The notes below the pieces were generated by a model that was not told the DNA's origin, searched no databases, and saw only the letters and a program-made list of their open reading frames with translations. Shown here piece after piece: positions 52,493 through 64,000 of a DNA stretch of 64,000 nt. The translations under genes and the position numbers were made by a program. The stretch is from Ruditapes philippinarum. Lineage: Eukaryota. Within the stretch, counting starts at the first letter, position 1, and the number at the start of each line of letters is the position of its first letter. Location of the stretch: assembly GCF_026571515.1 (NCBI RefSeq), contig NW_026864466.1:1-64000 (forward strand), written 5' to 3'.

Positions 52493-55400
52493 ATGTCAGA
52501 CTGTTGTTGCTGTTCTGGCACCAGGGAGGAAACTATGCGTTTAGATCCAACGGGCCGACATAATGGAAACCAACCAGTGACAACACAGCCACAGTCCACA
52601 CAGAAGTATACAAATGGGACTCATAATTTGTAAATATATATGTGTTTTTTTCCCTATTATTTTCCTGTATTCCATATATAGTGAAAAGGTTTTGAAGCTG
52701 TTAATGGCTTTTATATACTAACATGCTTTCATATTATTATCGTCATACGTGAACTTCCCTTTAAAAATGTTGTTTTTATTTTGTTTGATTGTGCAAAATT
52801 ACACGCATGCGCATCACGCTTTATCGGCATTGAATTGAGAACCTTTCAATACGCTCACCTTGCTATGTCATTTATGAAAGAAACAGATTTTCTACCGATT
52901 CGGCCGAATTATCAACTTGTATCATTGAGAACACTTGATTTATTTACCAATAAATATTGCTATATATGATTCACTTAATTGTTTAAACTATTTATAGTTG
53001 TATAGTTATATCCTAAAGAGGGCGTATGTCAGTCTGCCTCGCAAGTTTTCAGATCTGCCCTTAATTTGGCTGTTCATAGCAGTCCTCATAAGGGATAAAT
53101 TATTACCCGATCTTAAACTTCAAACATTCAAGTAAAGTAAAAAACAAATAAGAAACAGATATCAAAGATTGGCGTTGCATATTTACAATTTGTTTACTTT
53201 AAAATACTTTGTGGTCTAGCGTTTTCATAAAATTTTCATTGTGCCTATGATACATAAACATTTATTTTTATTTTAGGTGTACCATGCCTGACAATGAAGC
53301 AAATAAAAACGCGCTGATCTCGAAGGAAAGAGAACTAAAAGATCTTCAAGCAAGGCTTCAGAAGTATGTGTATGCTAATTTATTATAATAAATGTGCAGA
53401 ATCGGTATAAAATAACTGCATATTCAACTTGATTACAAGTTTAAAGCATGTACGTAACTATGTTACACAATAGTCACTGTTCAAGCTATTTAATGCAATT
53501 TTGTTAGAATTAAGCTCGGTAAAATACAAAAAAAATGTATTTTATATAATTATGTTAGAAATAAATAATCACAGAGTATTAAATTTGTGGGCACTTTCTG
53601 TTTGTTTTGAAACTACATGTTTCTGATCTTGAACCAAACGCACATAGACTTATGCTGATTATTATTTTAACAATTTAATATTATTAATGGATGCCGATAT
53701 ATTAACTTCATGCTTTAAATGTATGTAGGTTACAAACGCTCAAAGATAAGAGAGGTAACATACCATCAAACTGCTATGGGATATCGTTGTTAAAAGTTAA
53801 GATATCATTTTAACGAATATTTTTGTCATGTTTTATTTCAATACCCAGACGTATAAGGTTATATATAGATACACAACTTTTTTGTTAAATGAAACGTTTG
53901 CACGCAACGCTGAGTGTAAACGATATAACAAGCATATGGGGTTAATATGCAAAATGAGACTAACATTAGTGTATATTTGTTTTTTTATGTTTTAAAAAGC
54001 TTAATTTGTTATTATTAATATGTACATAAAAGAGTAAGTACATAACAAAATAAGTAAATCACTTAAAATGAGTCATTTAATATATTTAATATTTAATATG
54101 CATACTGTAAACCGCACCTTTTAAAAAATCAAAATAGCAACAGCAAAAGCAAAAATCTGCCGAAATAATTTGAGTGGTTTAGTCTTTAACAATCCGATCT
54201 CATATTTCATCTGGAAACAAATGAATTTTAAAATCCACGGAATGATATTTAACTTCATTATACACCAATATATCATTCAATGTCAAACTCCCATAGGCCT
54301 ATTATATGCTCTGATTGAATATCTAGGATATATTCTCCGGAGAATATTTCTTATATCAACCAGGGGCACATAACCCTTACATAACTCTATATTGAGCAGA
54401 AGGGTATAAATCATTCTTGTACTGTTTTTGTAATGTTTATTGGTTTGAGCAAAATTACATTGTAAAAATGATGATGTGTATTGTATTTATTTCTTGACTG
54501 CGTATTTTATAAATGTTTTAGTTGTAGGTCTTTCGGTACAATAAAATAAATAACGCATGGCTGTCGGGGTGATAATTGATATTGCCTCGGGGTAATATAC
54601 CAGTTCTCGGGTCGACTATAACCTCTGTCATTCCGACAGCCAAATGTTATTTCTATAATGTTATCCCTGTGTTATCAATATATTATTTCTTATTGGCTGT
54701 GTGCGAAATATTACCAATATATGAACTCTCCCACTCTCTTTTATCGATAATTTATATATTATCTTTTACTGTAGATACTTATCTCTTTATCATCAATATA
54801 TTACTTTTTACCTGTGTTTAAATACATAATTATGTCTGTGGTATCGATATACTGGTATGATTTGACCTTGTTTCATCGATGTATGAAATATGATATATTT
54901 GCCACGCAGTCTCATTTCAAGACTTATATTGCATGGCCACGTGCTACAAAGCAGTAGACAATATTAATAGAATTATAATATTTGTATTTAATTATGTTAG
55001 TTAATACAAAGGTGTATCTGTTTCAAGAGATCAAGAGGAAATTGACAGGCTCAAACAGAAAGTAAAAGATCTTGAAACGAAAAGTAATGAACTTCTTTCG
55101 AGGTAAGAGGCTTTATTTAATGATGATTCTGTATTAAAATCGAAAAACAATTTATTGAAGAATTATCATACAATAATGATTCGAGATCACCCACCGACAG
55201 CCAAGTGTTATTTCTATAATAGTTTTCCTGTGTTATCAATATATAACTTCTTATTGGCTGTGTGCGAAATGTTACCTATATATGAACTCTCTCACTCTCT
55301 GTTATCGATATACATATATATATATTCTTGTACTGTAGATACTTGTCTCTTGTATATCAATATATTAATTTTTACCTGTGTTTAAATACATGATTTCTGT

Positions 55401-58400
55401 CTCTGGTATCAATATACTTGTATGATTTGACCTTGTTTCATCAATGTATGAACTACAATATATTTGCCTCGCAGTCTCAGTTCAAGACATATATTGGATG
55501 GTCACGTGTTACAAAGCATAATAAGACACTATTTATAGAATTTATAATATCTGTATTTAATTATGTCAGTTAATACAAATGTGTATTTGTTTTAAGAGAT
55601 CAAGAGGAAATTGACAGGTTCCAAGCAGAAAATTATCAGCTGAAACAGAAAGTAAAAGATCTTGAAACGAACAATAATGAACTTCTTTCGAGGTAAGATG
55701 CTTTATTTAATGATGAATCTGTATTAAAATCGAAAAACAATTTATAGATAAATTATCCTACAATAATGATTCGAGATCACCCAGTAAAAATAATCTACCT
55801 AGAAAAAAGATCATTATAGATCTAATAATAAATCTATTAACACATAGACCACAAACGGGGCACATTTGCATTTGTGACAAACGACACATTTGATAACATC
55901 TATAAACGACAATAGACACAGTAACAAGTGTTTAATTGTTTGCTCGAAAAAGCTCTTTTTAATAATACGTCATTTGTCTTTCGGTTTTGACTAAACTCTA
56001 TTTCCTATTGAACATAAAGAAACTATTTGTATGAAATCAGCTTTTACTTTTTTGATACAGACTCAGTGCTGTAGCGAGCGCAAAGCTTACGGACAACAAT
56101 CCGAATATAGCGGATCTGAGTGATGTGAATCGGCCGACAAAGTTAGCGGAACAATTTTCAGAATTATATGACAATGAATGGACTGACGCATTTGATGCTC
56201 TCGCGAAGGAACAAGATGAGAGTAACAATGACAAAGAAGCTTGTACAAAACTGCTGAATGTATTAAATGTAAGTCAATTAATTGCTGCTTCTTTCAATCG
56301 TTGTATTATGCTGTTTCATCAATTCAAAAGTTTTGTATGAGGAGCAAAACAGATATACCTGGAATAAAGCTATAATTCCTTGTCCATATTAAAACACTAT
56401 TATAATAGTGCAATTTCTATTTACAAGAGGTCAAGAAATATTACAATTAATCCAGGCATGACCAACACATGCCAAGTCTACACGTAGTGACAAACAACAT
56501 CGATAAAGATGCCTCCAAACTACTCATATATTTGAATATAATATTTTTGTATTTAGGTATTGTTCTACCGTATCGCTTGTTATCGTAAAAGTTTTTCATA
56601 ATTATCAGAGAACAAAGAAAAGACGTTGACTCATTTGAATCTTTACACATAAAAAATTCTTTAAAATGTTGTGATACTTATTTATCAAAAGAAGGAAAAA
56701 AGGTCGAAAGTCAATAACTTTATTTATAAACGATTACTTGAACTTTATATTGACTTAAGAGAAGTTTGATTAAACGAAAAATCGTCTTATTTTTAGAAAA
56801 TATTTTCCATCTGTCACAAAAAGGCAAGCGGTGACCTGCAAATGATGATGCAAAAGCTCTCAGTAGAGTTGTTTGGGGTAATAATATTATTTCTTGTTAT
56901 TTTATATAACTGGTACCAGTTCTAACATCGTTAAAAACTCAGTTTAGTTTTGCTGAAATAGAGAAATACAGAATCCGTAAAGAAAGCCCAACATGGCAAA
57001 ATTGTAAAATGTTGCAGGCTCGGTTTGATTGAGCCTGTTCATGGACGATACTGGAAAGTGCAAGTTACCGTCCACGCCCCCTAGCACCGGCTGAAGCCAA
57101 TGGTAATGATCTTGAGAGATTGCACTTATTTCTAGCTGGCATGAATTGAATCAATCATAGGTGATCAATAGTGTGCCTACCATTTCAATGACAGGTGTAA
57201 TGGTTTTTGCATGGCAGATCTACAAATGTGCCTCCAAATTCATCTATCTGTATTATGTATTTCTGGTACTTGACGAATACTGTTACCAATTAGTTTTTTT
57301 TAACTCAAATACTACAGCAGCTTTTCAAAAGGCGATGGTGTATTATTATATGATACACTCATCATTACGTATCATGACTCAAACAGATGTCCCATTTCTC
57401 CTAGACTTTTATAATGAAAACATTAACCTTTAATCGTAATCATGAGTAGCAGCTGTACAAAAACTTCGTGTTCTTTCTCACACAGAAGTCTAACCAGATC
57501 ACTGACCAGTAAGGATGTTTCACTGTCAGTTTTACTTTAAGTAAATTAAACCAGTTTTCGTCACAATTCTTTTAATAAATTTATTAATTAACGACTTACG
57601 ATTATAATGATATAAACAACATATTATGATCAAAGACTAACTTGTTTTATCAGATGGGTGCGCCTTCTAAAGAAGTTATGAGAGCCATAAAAGATGACAG
57701 GAAAAAGCATTATGCTGGAATGGTGGAGCAACTTATGAAGGTATCTTGAAAAGACAAAAGAAGAAAAAACTCTGGCAGTATGCGAAATGTTAAAATAAAT
57801 GTTAATATTCATTCTAAACAGATAACAATATAAAACAGTTTTTTTTCCAATCATTCCCTATTATTATGGCCTTTTTTCATTTTAAGGGTTAAATTTGCGC
57901 ATGAATAAAACAAGCAAATTATACAAATGACCATTTCTTTATTTAATTCATTGAAACCTTACAGGTAATTTCATAAAAAAACGATATTTACAAACACAAT
58001 AAACGTCTTTAAACTATATTTGGATCATAGATATATTAAAAGTGTTTAAGGGATGCCATCTATACTAGAGTTCATTTAATTACTTTAAATATATGATAAA
58101 GATCACACACATACAGTTATTATCTTTAAATCCGCAGTTGGCTTATTTGTATAATTTTTATATTTGTTTTAGGATTGTAAATTCTCATTCGACGATGTAA
58201 TTACAGAAGAAGAAGCGTTGTTAATTGCAAAGTTCATAGAAAAATGCGTGTCTGTGTGTTGGCTTATGTCCATACAGGACCCGCCAGTCTATATAGACGT
58301 CAAAATTGATATGCACGGTGAACGTCTTTCTACAGACATTTACAAACCCTACACAAAGTCTGGGAAATTCATAGATTACATTGTTTGGCCAGTGTTGTAT

Positions 58401-58679
58401 TTATTTGAAGGAGGCAATATCCTTAGTAAAGGGATTGCACAGGGAATGAACGAGGTGGCGAGTGATGATATCATTGTTTCAATGGAAGAGGATAAAGCTT
58501 TAGAGAAGATTGATGGCGATCTGGGAAAGAGTAAGGACAATGATATGGTGATGAATGAAAACAGTGGCAATGAAATTAAAGAAGATAGTGACAAGATTCT
58601 TAATAATGATCGTTTTCTAGGAATGAGTGAGAATGGGAATGGAAATGGAGATGATCAAGATAAGATGACGCACTTTTAA
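52493..58679 (+). CDS. MIEAP/SPATA18-like domain protein, paralogue D (~425-433 aa, intact)
   Basis: Exons 52493-52629, 53277-53363, (53729-53754 tentative), 55028/55030-55102, 55597-55692, 56061-56268, 56797-56877, 57654-57740, 58173-58679. N-terminus MSDCCCCSG; core NPNIADLSDVNRPTKLAEQFSELYDNEWTDAF; CWLMSIQDPP...IVWPVLYLFEGGNILSKGIAQ. Confidence 0.87.
54632..55782 (+). repeat. Tandem duplication (~560-590-bp unit) containing the DQEEIDR coiled-coil exon of gene D
   Basis: Unit runs from 'ccgacagcca' to 'tcgagatcaccca' twice; exons of 75 and 96 nt. Confidence 0.93.
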
Positions 58680-61600
58680 TTTGGGATATAACTACCTTTT
58701 ATTACATTATGTTTGTGTTTTGTGACTATCATAACACAACTTAATGGTTGTATACTCTATTTAAAAAGGATACTTTTGAGTATGTTAGTATCATAATATT
58801 ATATCATGGTATAAAATTAATATACACGTATACGGAAAGACACATTCTATAAACATTGCCTTAAGTTATAGCCTTTAGTTACAACATTTGGAGGAATAAT
58901 TGCTCGTAGATTTTATGCAGTGCCATCTATGACATTTGAATAGTGTCACTCTGAATTCCGATGATTTATTGTTGTACGTACACGAGTATATATCTTTATC
59001 AAAATATCATAATTAACATATGACTATAATAAAAACTTAAACTTTTGGTTTTCCAGGTTATATAAATTGACTATTTTTTTTAAGTATTCACCATGACAAA
59101 AACCCTCATTCGATAAGTTCGTCCTTACTTTATCATGACAAAGATAACTGTAACTTGATTAGTTTGTGCGTATTTTACGACAAGTTTGATATTTATTATT
59201 TAGCCTGTTCTTCATTCATCGAAATAATATATCGATTACTTGAAAGGTTAACAACATGACAAGTCTAATGAATTGATTATTTCGCTTTTAATGGTCAACC
59301 GGGAAAGATAAATTTATATAGTTAAAATATAAAGTTTAAATAACCTATTAAGGCTGTGCGAAAAATATCCAAACGACAGCTTAATAAAAAAATATATTTT
59401 CTATATATATTTAATAAAATAAGTCAAACATTTTTATTATTTTGCTCTAAAATTAACCACACAACTGTAACAATTTATATCGCATTTAAGATTTCAACAC
59501 AAGATAAAAGTCTTCACTGTTTAACCTTTGATTATTAACATAATTATATAGACTAATAATTCTATCATTACAGTGTTGAATCTCAGATAGCGAGTAAGGA
59601 ATCTGCTCTCGTTTTAAATTAACAAGACAACAGCAGAAGTCAAAAGTCGTTGATAAAATAGAGCCCTACTTCACTTCTGTGTTGTTTTGTTTTTTCTGGT
59701 CCATCGGGATAATTTAATCCAGCACTTTTTTAAGCAAGTCGTTGCAAAATGACGTGATGGATGTTGCACTGTTTTATTGTCCCTCATGTACAGAATCAAT
59801 CAAATCAAGGCTTCACTTTTTATGTTAATTTGTTGTGATTCATGCTTCCGAGGGATCACACTTTATCCAGATTTTTTTCATTTACATCTAGTCTTCACAA
59901 CGTCTCCAAACTATCCACTCAAGATCTGTTAACATATACTTCACCCCGTTACAACCTCTTTGTGATTCACAAAGCATTCTTGTTATCAATCATATGCTTT
60001 AGTACATATTTTGTTGATCTTAAATTGGAAAATGCCCAACTTTGAATTAAACAAAGGATGTATCAATTATTTAAAACGCCGAATACTAAAGGCTCTTATA
60101 CGTCATAAGGGACTAGAAAGATAGGGGCTCATTATTTTGCATGATTATTGAATTATGAACTCATCTTGATTATAATGAAGATCAAACTCAAACATTTTTG
60201 CTTTAATTTGATAACTAAAATTCAGACATACACATTGGTATAAGGTTTGTTTACAAAAACAACATTTTCAAATTACGTGCACATAGACACAAGATCCGAA
60301 GCAAAAAGATTTTCTTTCCCACTATGTTATACAAAATTTGGCATTTTGAAATAAAATGCTTTTTATTTTCAATAGCTTGTCTCCCACTGTTATTGGTTCG
60401 AACTCCGCTCAGACTGTTTAAAGTTTAAAGTGACTGCGCAGAAATTTTATTGAGCTTCGTAGATGTTTGTCTCATAATGTGTCACTTAAAATTACATGTA
60501 AATTGTGGAGGGGACGAAATAGGCATTTTTTCTTTGCTTATAGTCAAGCTATTGATTAACTTAGAAGGTCTCAAAATAGCCCATCCTTGATCAAACATTG
60601 GTCTTTTATCATGTTTATTTCAAGGGTGGTGGATAAAGGGAAATGATTCACATGTCAGATTAGTAAGATTAACTCCCCATTTATGTAAACTAGGTTAAAC
60701 TTAAAATATCATTATGGCGATTTCCATTATCATAATAAATCGATAACCTACGTTTGCGCATTGATAAACCTGCGAATAAAAAAAGAAAAAGGTTTAACAT
60801 AAAATTTAAAACTGATCTTAAACTTTAAAATCGTTCAATAATTGACCTTTTGCAAAATTATTGGAACATTGCCCGACGTTTAAATTTTTGTACTTCAACT
60901 TTATACCACTGTATTGAGGAAGTAAACTGTCCAATTGTCTTCCACGAGATCAACGCGGTTTAACGATTACCGCGCTATCTTATAAATTGAATGTATACGA
61001 CACGGCTTGTTGTCATGTATCGCGGGATTTCAATCAATATACACATTGTGATATTTGTAATGTCTATAACATTATTTTCTGTTTGCTAATTTATATGGAT
61101 TGATAAAAAGATTTACCTTCAAAACGTTTCGTGAACATGTCTGATCTGTAAGTATGACTTTTATTATATATAATAAACAATTTAGATAGATTAAATCAAC
61201 AGTTATGCATTTGTAAATATGAACTGTTTCCGCCCATGGTTACGCAGTATTAATTTTAAATTTTCAAAAAGCGCGGGCAGCTTTCTGATTACATATATAA
61301 TGTTTCCGTTACAACATTTTTGTTATATATACAGTTATGTCGAGCTGCCGGTTTGCTAGACTGGTTAACAGTTAAATTTAGTCGGTTGATTAAAGTAAAT
61401 ATGCTGTGATACATTTGAAATACTTTTATCCTATTGGACTATTTTCAAATATTACGTTCGAAAACAGCAAACCTACATGTTGACAAATAAATAATCAGAT
61501 GAGGTCAGGAATGATGCCTTTGAATATGAATAAATAACGGTATTTATTTAACCGCACGTATCTTATTGATATATAATTTTGATTTATAGCAAACTGCAAT

Positions 61601-62809
61601 CTTGTGAAAGTAGCGTCAACTTTTATTTCTCAGTCTATGCAGCACTGTTTGAGACAACAATTTCAGGATCAAACAGGACTTCTTTAAAAACTCTAAATTT
61701 TCAGAATCCATCAAGCGGTTAAGTCCTTTTTCTAAAAAATATGTATTGGGTTTGGTCAATATTTAAATAATTTTTGAGATATTTTAATAAAAATACACCT
61801 CCTAGTGAACATAATACCAACATTATGCAATGCGTCTGTTTACAATTTCACATTCGTGTTGCTATGTTATTCAAAGGCATCACGAGCATGTGTCGACAGA
61901 ACACGCTCTCATTATTGGTGTGATTTTCATTGTTGAAAATGTTATGTTTAAACCAGTTTTAATTGTATTGTAAACATTTGAAGTTTGCTGTTAACCTATG
62001 AAAATAAGTTTAATTGTATTTTGTTGTGTAACGTATTTAATATCAGAACAATGATTCGTATTTATAAGTAATTACTATCACAATAAGGCCGAATTTTTGC
62101 CTGTAAAGCAATTGTATATTTTAAATGATAGAAATTTGAATAATGATTTTACTTATTGTTTTAAAAAAACATGGATAATTAAAAATAATGCGATTTCTTA
62201 ATCGCTCTCGTATATCTCATTATGTATTAGTCAAATGTAATGTGTTACAATGATACATTCCAAAGTATGTGTTGAAAACAGTTCTTATATTTTCTTCATT
62301 TCGAATTGTTATAGGTATTGAGAATGGAGCAATAAGAACTGTTTGGACTTTGCACGTTTTCATAGTAACTTCTTAGCTGCAGTAGTTATAACTTATTTTC
62401 ATGTATATATAAACTATTATTTATTTTACTCAGTATTTGCTAAGATGACTCGATGATTCACAATTTTATACGGTGTTTTTTCTTCAATGCCCGTTCTCAT
62501 TCATTGCATCAACTAATGGAAATATTTTACAAAGTTATGAATTCAAAATAGATCTATAAAGATTTGTATCGTCTCTGCCTATAGAATATCATGGGATACA
62601 ATTTTTTATAATTGTTGTCAGACTTAACGACTTACATTCACTAATCCCAGAAATATTTTAAACATTATCACAAGGTTCTAAATATGGATACTCAAGTTAT
62701 GTATTTCGTTCGTAATGTTGTAAACTGCAGACAATGGTCTCTGAATAGGTTATAATTATAGCAAAATTTGTCCTAGGTGAAAATCAAAATCATGCGTATA
62801 GACTGTTCT

Positions 62810-63766
62810 TTTTATATGCCCGAAAGAATTTCGGATATATTATGTTATACACCCTGGCGTCCGTCCGTCTGTCTGTCCGTTCTCACGGGACAGTAATGAT
62901 GTGACTAGAAGAGCAATAGGAAACTGTTCTTTCTCCTTGATGTCATTCATTCCGTGATGCTTTTTGGTGGCTATTTTTTGTGTGGCTAAAAAGAACAATA
63001 GAGTAGCCATATGATGTCCCGTTAGAACGTCAATCCGTGTGTCCGTCCGTCCGGTAGCAATTTGGTTTCCGGAGCATAATATAAGTTCCATTTGGCCCAC
63101 ACTATTCAAACTTCATAGAATGGTTGTCCATATTGGGTAGAAGACCCTTATTGATTTTTGGTCACAAGGTTAAAGGTGAAGGTCACTATTACCTTAAAAT
63201 TGAAAACAGTTTTCGCTCAATGTCCAATACATGACCGTTTTTGATTTTAGCGTCATAAGATCAAAGGTCAGGGTCAAAATGACCTTAACATTGAAAATTG
63301 TGCTTTCTGGATCATAACACAAGTTCCATTTGGCTTACAGTGTTCAAACTTCCTAGGATGATTGTCTATATATTGAATAAAAGATCCATATCTATATTGG
63401 GGTCACAAGGACAAATGTCAATATCAGATGACTTTAATATTGTTAACAGTTTTACAACTGTCAAACTTTATAGGAAGGGCATTTATATTGAGTACATAAA
63501 TTGCCCTAAAAAATTTCTTATATTATGTTATACCCCTGGCGTCTTTCCGCCCATCCGTCTTAGCATTTTTATTTACAAGATAACAACTTGATGGTGGTTC
63601 TTTGGAAAGAGCAACTGTATATATGAAGGTTCTTCAGCTATAAAGAAGTTTTGCTTTTTGAAGGAGGTAATACTTTATTTAAATCACATGTCTTAACAAC
63701 ACTTCATCCTTACAAGAACATGAACACTTTCGAGCATATATTGCTCCGCCTAGCGGTGCTCTTGTT
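62810..63766 (+). mobile_element. HINE/Helentron-type element(s) with GTCC microsatellite and a nested short TIR insertion
   Basis: Left end 'tttttatatgcccgaaagaatttcgg', GTCC repeats, AAGGTCA-type central repeats, right end 'gagcatatattgctccgcctagcggtgctcttgtt'. Related repeats continue to the window end. Confidence 0.65.
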
Positions 63767-64000
63767 TATGTTTCAAGTCATCATATAATTATTTGTTCGA
63801 AACAAAGTTTGTTCTTAATGAATTTCATAAAATTGAAAACAGTTTCCATCTCGATAACTTAAGTATTAATCAACCTCAAGCTGTAAAATTTTATAGGATG
63901 AACAGTCATGTCAAATACATGACCCCTATTGATTCAAGCGTTATAAGGTCAAAGGTCAGGGTCACAATGATCTTACAGTGACAATTGTGGTTTCTTGGTA

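Noticed and set aside
54576-55385. Two similar hydrophobic ORFs (81 and 76 aa)
   Set aside because: Chance ORFs in duplicated AT-rich intron sequence of gene D.
26490-58679. Assigning the symbol SPATA18/MIEAP to the genes
   Set aside because: Only the C-terminal domain motifs match; architecture and copy number differ and orthology cannot be shown without a phylogeny.
59700-60050. Degenerate coding-like minus-strand segment with a kinase-G-loop-like 'ILSG*FGDVVK'
   Set aside because: Multiple stops and no other kinase motifs; not supportable.
61137-61153. Possible first exon of a downstream gene (ATGTCTGATCT|gtaagt)
   Set aside because: No downstream exon could be joined with confidence within the window.

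Overview
AT-rich, intron-containing eukaryotic DNA, most likely from a bivalve mollusc (inferred from C1q-domain genes, HINE/pearl-type Helentron repeats and bivalve-style SINE/MITE content). The ORF track mostly shows exon fragments. Splicing by hand (GT-AG, consistent phases) gives a tandem cluster of four + strand paralogues, called A (5391-11597), B (26490-32072), C (40148-48291) and D (52493-58679). Each has four parts: a Cys-rich, mostly Gly2 acylation-type N-terminus (MGSRCC, MGSCFS, MGSCCSK, MSDCCCCS); a variable number of phase-2 coiled-coil exons; a conserved MIEAP/SPATA18-like C-terminal domain (NIADLSD.NRPTKL.E.YSELYDN.WTDAF ... CW.M..QDPP ... IVWP.LYL.E.G..L.KG.AQ); and a divergent low-complexity tail. 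A fifth, decayed paralogue lies on the - strand (about 16660-17630, largely invisible in the ORF track), and an orphan coiled-coil exon sits at about 33334. A and B lie in a ~12-13 kb segmental duplication (1-~12000 vs ~19350-~32240) that also carries a disrupted C1q-domain gene and a mariner relic. Many transposon insertions are present: HINE/Helentron elements, mariner, piggyBac-type and hAT-type MITEs, a SINE, LINE tails, and a TTAA-bounded element carrying a P2X7-ballast-like Cys-rich ORF. All family assignments come from motif recognition by eye; no database searches were run.
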